NCBI RefSeq assembly: GCF_009914755.1
Contig: NC_060927.1
From: the human T2T-CHM13v2.0 reference genome, Homo sapiens
Length of the DNA: 64,000 nucleotides
Strand: one strand, 5' to 3'
Position 1 is the stretch's first letter; each line of letters begins with the position of its first letter. The notes beneath the pieces were generated by a model. It was not told where the DNA came from. It ran no database searches and was given only the letters and a program-made list of their open reading frames with translations. Positions 54,513-64,000 of the stretch are shown one piece after another. Made by a program: the position numbers and the translations under genes.

Positions 54513-54599
54513 GTTTAAGTATAAGGTATTTGACTAGGACCATACCTTTGTGATGGGGCATGACTTCTTGGTTGCATTTCATTTTGTCCTGGCACCTTA

Positions 54600-55220
54600 G
54601 TAGTTAACAGCTGCTGACTGAATGGCAGCCAGAAGTTCACTACCAACAACAGGTGCATGAGTGCCACCACAGTACGGATCTCCGCCTGGTCCCCAGCTGT
54701 CACACCAACCTCATTGTGAGTGTGGAATGTTTAACAATGCGTGGCCATGCATACCAGTCCTGAGGGAGAGAGAGAGACCAAGCATGAGGGAGTACTGGTG
54801 AGGCAGCCAGCTGAAAGAGCAAGTGATGACTCAGAAAAGCATACAGAGCCGTTGGGGTTTCTTAACAGGCACTCACTGCACCTAGGAAAGGATAAGGAGA
54901 AATTTAATGGACCCTGCTGGGTCTGTTGCTATGTAAATCTCATCTCTGGGGAAGTGACTGGCACAAGAATATCAGATGTCACTGGTGCAGACATTTGGCA
55001 GATGTGCCTTGTATTTACCAGCGTGCAACCTGTGAGCAAATTCCAAATGTGTGAGCTTGGGAGTGTGGGCAGATGGGTATGGATATGTGCATATGCCACT
55101 TCTTACATCCACTGCCCACAAAGCAGGAGCAAGGTTTAAGAGGTGAAATTTGACATGACATTTGGTGTGCACTGATAGAGACAGTTTAATTTTTGCAAAT
55201 ACTCATTGTCAGCTGCATTT
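54600..55220. promoter_or_regulatory. Candidate enhancer (E-box cluster with AP-1 and ETS motifs)
   Basis: 13 CANNTG in about 610 bp; TGACTCA 54827-54833; GGGGAAGTG 54948-54956. Confidence 0.3.
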
Positions 55221-56584
55221 TAGAGGCAAACACCCCATCCATACACACTCTCTCACAAATATGTGAAATGAATCAAATTGCCCATGGCTCCCATGGGAAA
55301 AACGTGCTATTACTCTGTTTCCAAAGCAGTTGTCAGATCTCTGGTGATACCTCAAACCAGATACTTGCATTTATGTGACAAGGACTCTTAAAAAGCCTGA
55401 TAGCTTGTTCCAGGGGAAGGGAAATAAAATAGATAAGTGGAGTTTATTTAAAGTTGAGAGGAACAGAAAGACAGAATATTTATATTGATATGTGATATTT
55501 TATCCTTATTATGCATTTTTATCCTGTTTGGTCAATGGACAAATAGTGCTGAATGTAGGACTAATCTTAAAGAAAATGCCCAGAGTACTTGAATTGTATT
55601 GAATTAAATTGAATTGGATCAAATTGAATCAAATAGATTTTGTGAGTGCTCACCTATGTCCAAGAATAGGTTATTTAAGACTGATCTTGGATATAGAAGA
55701 GACAGCCTTAGCTTGCAGTGTGGCACATAAAGCAAGGAGGAAATGAGATTTATGTCTGTCCTGGGTAAGAGCTGGTAGAAAGCAAGGGGAAGTCTCAGTC
55801 TTCAAGGCAAGATCAGAACCAAAGTTAAGTTAAGATCAGAAGCACAGTTTCAGACAGGAAATATATCTGGCTGAGAAAGTAATTTGGAACTTAGAGGCTG
55901 GGGAAAATCCCAGAAGCCCGGTACCCAGGGATAATGTTGCTGGGGGTAGGTGTGGATATTAGGGTAGAACAACTGTGATATCTAGACACTTTGGTCAGGA
56001 ATTGATAACAAGGAAACCCTAAGATACAGACTATGCAACACCAGTTGTAGACCATCATGGTGACCAATATTTCCTGAACTACAGGAGCAGTGGCCAAGGG
56101 AACTATTAGGGAAGATGAAATAAAAGCAAGACATGGTTTTGTGCCCTGATCGTGAAAATCCCTGACTCTTTCAATGTACATAGCAAAAACATTGTAAAAT
56201 GTTTAGATTTCTTTTGTATGCAGTCATAAAACTGAAGCAGAGAAGCCAAGAAAAACACTATTAATATTAAATAAGATGATTTTCACATAAATAATTGCCA
56301 CATTATTTTTTGCTGTTTATTTTCATATTCACAAGAAGGAATGCATTTGAAAATGAAGGTGGAGTTCTGCTCTCTTTTGCTAAGTAAATGACAGAATCAG
56401 ATGTCTCTCATGCTCTTGAAAAGATAGTGAATCCATCCTGCCACCTCAAAGTTAAATTGTATAAGCCCCAGCATAAAAGTGTGCTAGACTCATTTTAAAA
56501 TCTCCATCACTGCATGACCTTGAGCTAACTGTCACTTCATCTTCTAAACCTTCCATTTTCTTTCTTATAAAATTTCCTAAGAGT

Positions 56585-56840
56585 GATTGCCAGCACTTGC
56601 TCAGTGGTCACTGTGTGCCAAATACTGTTCCACATATTTTATCTAAATTCTTCCATTTTAATCCCCATCATTACCCAAAAAACTCAGATGAAAACTATCT
56701 CAATTTTAAAGAGGAGGAGTTGAAGTATGTAAAGGATAAAGAACCCATCCAAGTCACATAGTTTCTAAGGGAGAGCACCAGAACATAAACCTAGGCCACT
56801 GGGTTTCTAAGTCTGTCTATTTGACCAGCAAGCTATGCTT
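56585..56840 (-). mobile_element. MIR
   Basis: 'cactgtgtgccaaatactgttcc', 'ttccatttaatcccc', 'caattttaaagaggaggagttgaag', 'ccaagtcacatagtttctaag'. Confidence 0.7.
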
Positions 56841-57691
56841 TCTCCCAGGGAAAATATTTCTTATGCAATATGAATATGATAAAGGTGAAATACATAACAG
56901 GTATACAATAAAACCTAGTAAATGTTGTTTTTCTCCTTAGTTTGTCCAGCACTTACCTCCCAACCTCACCCCAGGTTATGGAAAGGGAAGAGGGAAACTG
57001 CAGGTATACATGGGTCCTAACTCCTCGGGTGATTCTAACAGACTTCACGAATGAGAACCTTTCCTTCTATGAACCCATTCCCTGGTTTTGTAGCATTCAG
57101 CCTCAAGAGATTCCTTCCTGACTTCTGACTTAATTCAAACAGGGGAGACTATAAGGTATTTTCCCCTTGTTTTATTAAAAATTCTGTGTTACAACACTCC
57201 TAGGAGTTTATGACTAAGTCCAACATGTCAAAATTGTTTGGTCTAAAATTATTTGGCTTTCTGAAGTCTCTATTTTCTTTCAACTTTGACTTGTGCAATC
57301 ATTATATAGTTATATCAATGAATATCTCCTGAGTGTAAGTACATTCTGCTTCTTGAATTGCCAGGTACTGTTTCCAAAAATTGGATCCCAATGTGATGTG
57401 CTGCTGCATTCAGATCCATTACCTGTTGCTGAGCTGGGCTTATGTGGTCCATCGCTGTATTTGCCTCCTTCCCACCAGAGGCTTTTTTACAGAGAGCTTC
57501 AGCATTAGCTGCAATCCTAGTAGACATCTTAAGAGTATGAAAATTGTTACACCAATCTAGAACCATTCAATGTAGCCACAAATTATTGTGGGTTTGGGTG
57601 ACTAGGTGGCTTTCCGATACATACTTAGAAATGTCAATGTTTTATCATAGCTACATGGATCTAACTTCTGTGCATGCTTATGAGCCATTTT

Positions 57692-57892
57692 TTATTTTTA
57701 TTTATTTATTTTTTTATATGGACTCTTGCTCTGTCGCCCAGGCTGGAGTGCAGTGGCGCGATCTCGGCTCACTTCAAGCTCCGCCTCCCAGGTTCACGCC
57801 ATTCTCCTGCCTCAGTCTCATGAGTAGCTGGGGCTACAGGCACCCGCCACTACGCCCTGGTAATTTTTTGTATTTTTAGTAGAGACGGGGTT
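57692..57892 (-). mobile_element. 5'-truncated AluY
   Basis: Right arm plus the end of the left arm only; perfect 14-bp TSD ttatgagccatttt (57678-57691, 57893-57906). Confidence 0.93.
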
Positions 57893-59124
57893 TTATGAGC
57901 CATTTTAAAGCAATTTGGTACAGTGGAACATGAGAAAAATGAGGAAGAATGACAATTTCTATGAGGAACTTAAAGACTGATATTTTATTTGAATAAAATT
58001 GTATAGTGGAAAGTCTCTAGCATCTTAAACGTATGAAGAGATTACTGTTCTCCCAATCCCTCCCCACAGTGGATTATCAATTTTTTGGATGAGCTTTGGA
58101 GGATTCATGAGCCCAAAAATGAGGGTAAAATTTTGTAGCTGCGTTTTGGGGGAAGAATTTTATACCTTTTTTTCCCCCAGATTCTCCAAATGACCTGTTC
58201 CATGATAAATTAAGGATACAGAGGTAGAAAAAAAAATGGATGTGAGCTCAGTGTCCATGTCTGTACTGAACGGAAATGTAGTCTACATCTATTTTGTTAT
58301 TTTTACCTAAATAGTTAATTCAAAGTTATTTGCTGAGTGTCTAAGATGTATCATGCATAGTACCAGACACTAAGAATGTGACCAAACATCAGATCCCTTT
58401 CTTTGAAAGCAGAAACTTTTTAAAGAGGGAACTCTTTGCTAGGTCTACATTGACTCTTTCTTTTCTTGACTCTCAAGTGTACCTTCTACTCCAGCCTCCC
58501 AGTACTTTCTTTTCACTTGCAGTGTATTCTCCAACTCCCATCTACCTCTCTGTTTTCCTGGGACTCACTGAGGCTAAGAAAATAATGGGATGGATTTTTG
58601 ACATGTTTCAATTCTGGGAAGAATCTACACTCTTTCTGGCGTGGTAAGATACAGAAGTTATAGCAGAAAAAGTTTATCTTCATGATGCAAAATCTTTTGT
58701 TATATTTTGCTACTCCTATATGATTTCAGACCTCTCTGAAGGCTTCTGTTCTTGTATTCCTCCACTGTCAGATCTCAAAACTCCCATCTCCAACTTAATT
58801 AAACTAAAGAGCCTCTGCACAGCATAATAAATATAAACACAGTAAACAGGTAACATAAAGAATGGGAGAAAGCATTCATAAACTATGCATCTGACAAAGA
58901 TCTAATGTCCAGAATTAATAAGCAATGTAAAGAATTCTACAATCAAGAAACAACCCATTGAAAAGTGAGCAAAAGACATGAACAGACAGTTCTCAAAAGA
59001 AGACATATAAGCAGCCAATAAACATATTTTAAAAAAATCCTCAGTATTGCTATGCATTAGAGAAATACAAATCAAAAATCACAACGAGATACAATCTCAC
59101 ACAACTGAGAATGTCTATTATTAA

Positions 59125-59349
59125 GCCTGGGCAACATGGCAAAACCCCATCTCTACTAAAAATACACACACACAAAAAAAAATACCTGGGTGTGGTGGTG
59201 CATGCTTGTAGTCCCCACTACTTGGAGGGCTGAGGTGGAGGATCACTTGAGCCCAGGAATTTGAGGCTGCAGTGAACCGAGATCGTGCGACTGCACTCCA
59301 ACTTGGGCAATAAGAGTGAGACACTGTCAAAAAAAAAAAAGAAAAAAAA
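59125..59349 (+). mobile_element. 5'-truncated AluJ
   Basis: 'gaggatcacttgagcccaggaatttgaggctgcagtga' (J diagnostics); TSD agaatgtctattattaa / agaacgtctataatgaa brackets both Alus. Confidence 0.88.
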
Positions 59350-59649
<300 letters not shown>

Positions 59650-62600
59650 AGAACGTCTATAATGAAAAATAAAACAACAACAGTTACTGGCAAGGCTACG
59701 GAGAAAAAGAAATACTTACACACTGTTGCTGGGAATGTAAATTAGTTCAGCCATTGTGGAAAACAGTTTGAAGATGTCTCAAAGAACTTAGAACTACCAT
59801 TCAACCCAACAATCCTATGACTAGGTACATATTCAAAAGAAAATAAAACATTCTACCGAAAAGACACATGCACACATATGTTCATCACTGTGCTATTCAC
59901 AATAGTAAAAACATAAAATCAACTTAGGTGCCCATCTATGGTGGGCTAGATAAAGAAAATGTGGTACATGTACACCATGGAATACTATGCAGCCACAAAA
60001 AAACTAAATCATGTTCTTTGCAGCAACATGGATGCAGTTGGAGGTCATTATCCTAAGTCAATTAATGAAGAAACAGAAAACCAAATACTACATGTTCTCA
60101 CTTATAAGTGGGGGCTAAACACTGTACTCACAAACATAAAGATGGAAACAATAGACACTGGGAACTACTCGCAGGGAGACAGGGGACAAAGTTTGAAAAA
60201 GTAAGTATTGGATCCTATGCTCACTATCTGAGTGACAGGATCATTTGTATCCCAAACCTCAGCATCACACAATATACTCACATAACAAATCTGCACATAT
60301 ATCCCCTGAATCTAAAATAAAAGTTGAAATTATTTATAAAAGCCACCTCAATTGGATGAGAACTGGACATGATGGCATAATATTTTCCGTATCTCAAAGA
60401 ACTTATACCAAAATAGTTGGGCTTTAAAGTTTTAGGGAAGAAGATAGGGCAATGGAGTGAATCATTGGAGGAAGTGTGGAATCTCTGCTGACAGAAGCAG
60501 TTGGCCATAGGATGCACTTTCATAAGCTAGAATGAAGGTTCTTTTCTCATGGAGTGAGCAAAATCAGATTTATGTGTTAAGTAGTAAGGAGCTATTTTAA
60601 AATCTCCACTATCCAAATGACCATGTGTAGCTTGTAACACTTGAACCTGAGATAAAAAGCAGACTAAACATTCTCTAAGGATATGTATATGCCCAACCAC
60701 TTTTTACTTTTTTGATACAAAAATTCAATAACCAACTCTTAAAGTTAAAATGTGGGATTCAGTCAACATAATAATTTGTGAACAGTTGATTGAATTGTGC
60801 ATTTTCCAAAGTTAAAGAAGTAGGTGATCTATAAAGGGAGGGAATGAGCATAATGGTACAAGAAAAACCTGAGCTAAAGATAATTACAGCAACTATCAGT
60901 TTAGCTCTGAGCTTTGTGGGAGGAAGGATGAGGAAAATGAAGCATACAGATATTTAACATGTTACTGAGCCTGATTTGCAGCATATGGAAGGAGAGAACT
61001 TACAGGATAAAATTCTTCTTCATCAATTTACTCTGAGGAAACTGCTAAGCTAGCTCTGAGAGTGCAGTTAATTGCAATGAAAATTTCACATTATAAAATC
61101 AATTTTTCTCTAATTTTTATCCATGTAATTGACTCAGAAATATTTAAATATGGTGCTCATTTTTGCTTAAGACTTCACCGCTCATGGACGATATGGTGGC
61201 TGCTGCTCTCAGGTCTGATATTGCCCCAAATTTTCCATTTTTTTACTCTACACAAATCCTCAGTTTGGATATTTGTAGGGGTAGAATTTGTCTTAGTATG
61301 CCAGTATTTGCCTCTAAAGTGGGAGTTCATGTTTTTCAGTCAAAGTACTACTTTGTACACTTATGATTTTATAAGATGAATTAAGGAAAGTTTCCTCTAC
61401 TCAAAGATGGAATTTGAGATTACAGTTAAAAATTGATCTATATTGATTCTGTAATAATTAGCTTTGTCCAAGAATATAATTGTAAATATTTATGTGAACT
61501 ATATAATAGTCTGTTTTGGAGACAGGGATACTTTCTGAAGAAAATCTTGATTCATATCTATAGAATCTCTAGGATGCTTACTATTATATAGGACACCATG
61601 AGGGAAAACAAAATGGAGCAGCTATTTTTTAATCTTTAAAGCATGAAAATATCATACAATCTTCCCAGTTAGTTTATATCATAATAGATTTGGAGTGATT
61701 TTCATTCTTCAAATCTGCTAGTTATGGAAGATGCATGATTCTGAGGAATGGATTCTGAGTTCTTTGAACTCATCTAAGAACACATTGCTAGGACTAAGAC
61801 AATTTTAAGTTATTTACACAGGTCATTTTGTTACCCCACTGTCTTGGAGGAGACCTTCTGTTCTTGATTCTCTAGGCCAAGATAAAATTTCCAAGGCCTC
61901 AGGATCTACCTAAAACCAATTGAACATTCTAGGCTCACTCAGGCTGAAAACCATCCTAAAACTGGATCATAAACCACTAAATAAGAATATGTTTGTCCAA
62001 AGCTCACCTTTCATCTAGGCTGGCCTCCAGTATGGTATATATAGTAAGAGATAGCTTATATTTTAATTTTAAAGATTTAATTTGATAAGATCTTAGGATG
62101 ATTTTTTAGACAGAAATGCTAAAGAAAGACAAGATAGTCACCTTTCTTAAAGAGGGCATATTCTGCCAAACTCTCAAGTATGAAACTTAAAAGAGAGAAA
62201 GAACATGGTCTCCTGCATTTAAAGCACAGCAACTCCATCCAACAAGAGCTAATCTCTAACCAAGGCTTTGATTATAAAATTGGCAACTCTGTTTTAGTAA
62301 AAGAGCAATAGCACGTTCAATATTATATAAGAGAAAGCGAATTAGCCTCTGAAAATCCTTCCCATTTTCTTCTTTTAATTCATTTAGCTTAACATTTGAG
62401 CCTGTACTGAACTGCTGAGGGAGAAGTCAGAGGATTTTCAAAGGACCATGCTCTATCATCATGAGATGTTTCCCCAATTTATAACACTGCACTTCTGTAT
62501 ACTCATTTTTGTCATTCATACTTTACTACAGCACAACTGTAACTACAGAGCCCACATGAAAGGCAGAACATAAGAAGAACATAAAATTCCTGTCTCACAT

Positions 62601-63419
62601 GCATATTTAAGGCAAACATAAACCCCTGAGTGTTTTAGTTGGACTAAAAAAGGCAACAAAGAGTGGAAAATAAGCAAGTTGGTGTTCTATTTGTCATAAG
62701 TGACTATGAATTCTAGATTGAGGGTTACTGACTAGGTAAGATTGGAGGCCCCTCTAGGATTATTTGTCCCCAGCTAAAAGAGAGTCTGCTCTGCGTATAC
62801 CAGCATTTTTCTTTATATTCCAAGATGCCATTTCCACAAGTACCGTCATCCCCAAGTAAAATTCCACTCTGGGGATTTATATATAGGACATAAAGCTGCA
62901 GTTAGCCTTTGCCATATTTTCAAATCTGGCTCTTGCTCTTTCATAACCAAGCACACCTAATATCAGCATATTTTTCTCTAAATTTTTCTTTTCTATTTTT
63001 CTTCCCAAGGCAGAAACTTTTTTTTTCCTCCTGCTAACCTGAAAGAGCTGGAGATGCTGAAAATACCATAGAGAAGTTGATATTTGCTTCCTTTCACATT
63101 TAAATCTTTTTTACTTCTCCTCCTATTTTTCTACCTTTACTCCTCCTTCCATCCTTCAATTCTTTCTTTTCCCAAATTTAAAATATCTTGACTTCTTTGA
63201 ATTATGCTTCTTTCAGGTCCTTCAAATATTAAACTATATCAAAGAATGAGTAAGGGCAGGTAGCTCACATGAAAATACAAAGGAAGCCCTGTAGCTTTTT
63301 GCTACATTTCTTATCCTACAGTGTCATTTTTCTTTTTTCCTACTGTTCAAGGATATGGGTATTCTTCTTTTAAATTTTTATCAGATAATATAGCATCTAT
63401 TTTTTATTTCTTCTTGAGA

Positions 63420-63865
63420 CATTTATCAGTCAGGCTGCATAACAGGTCATGCTAAAACTGAATGACTTACATGTATTAATCTAACAGTTCTATCATTGCC
63501 AATTTGCACTGGGCTCATTTGGACAGTTCTGATGATCTGTGCCAGGGTTGGTTCGTCTCAACTGGGTGCATTCATTTGTCAGGAGTCAGCTTCCAGACTG
63601 GTTGAGGGCATGCTGTTCAAAGATGGCCTAGATGGAATGGTCTGTTTTATGTACTCTCTCATTCTTCAATAGGTTAACCCCAGTGGCCAGGGCAAGATAT
63701 TCAAAGGGTGACAGGAAAGGTTCAGCCTCAAAATTCACAAAAATGGCATTTGGCTGCATTTTATTGAATCATTCAAGTCAAAGATTAGAAGGAGAAGGAA
63801 TACATAGGCCCTACCTCTTGATGTCAGGTGAAAAGTTTGCAACCATTTTCATAATGTACTACAGA
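63420..63865 (-). mobile_element. Old MLT1 LTR
   Basis: 'aatttgcactgggctcatttggacagttctg', 'ctgcattttattgaatc', 'cctacctcttgatg', 'tttgcaaccattttc'. Confidence 0.55.
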
Positions 63866-63869
63866 AAAT

Positions 63870-64000
63870 GGAGGTAGTGTAATGTGGCTCTGATGTTTGA
63901 GTTTGGAGTCAGAATATCAGGGTCAAATCACATCTCCAAACTTATTACTTTTGTATCAGTTCCTTGTTTTCTATGGCTTCATCCCACATGTAAGTGCTTG
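63870..64000 (+). mobile_element. MIR 5' fragment
   Basis: 'tttggagtcagaatatcagggtcaaatcacatctcc'. Confidence 0.55.

Noticed and set aside
54741-55139. 132-aa + strand ORF in unique DNA
   Set aside because: GTG start, no recognisable homology or clear exon boundaries; compatible with chance in a GC-richer patch.
63217-63249. Possible 33-nt exon after a pyrimidine-rich tract (tttcag...tga|gtaagg)
   Set aside because: AT-rich with stops in two of three frames and nothing else supporting it.

Overview
AT-rich, CpG-depleted primate (human-like) genomic DNA, intronic or intergenic. It is dominated by interspersed repeats: Alus of several ages, old and mid-age L1 fragments, L2/MIR, MaLR LTRs (including a complete THE1C-like provirus with a nested ERV1 solo LTR) and hAT/mariner MITEs. 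No intact protein-coding gene, RNA gene or CRISPR array is supported, and nearly all ORFs in the supplied track are repeat-derived or chance. I did not find a new multi-gene system. The most notable unexplained signals are: (1) a perfect 60-bp-arm palindrome with nested sub-palindromes inside a decayed L1 5'UTR (28303-28427); (2) a 39-nt frame-preserving cassette-exon candidate with strong splice sites (4367-4405); (3) a 32-bp-stem pre-miRNA-sized hairpin in apparently unique DNA (21737-21811); (4) small template-switch and gene-conversion scars in Alus; (5) two candidate cis-regulatory modules, an RFX X-box and an E-box cluster. Repeat subfamily names come from recalled consensus sequences, not a search, and boundaries of old repeats are approximate.
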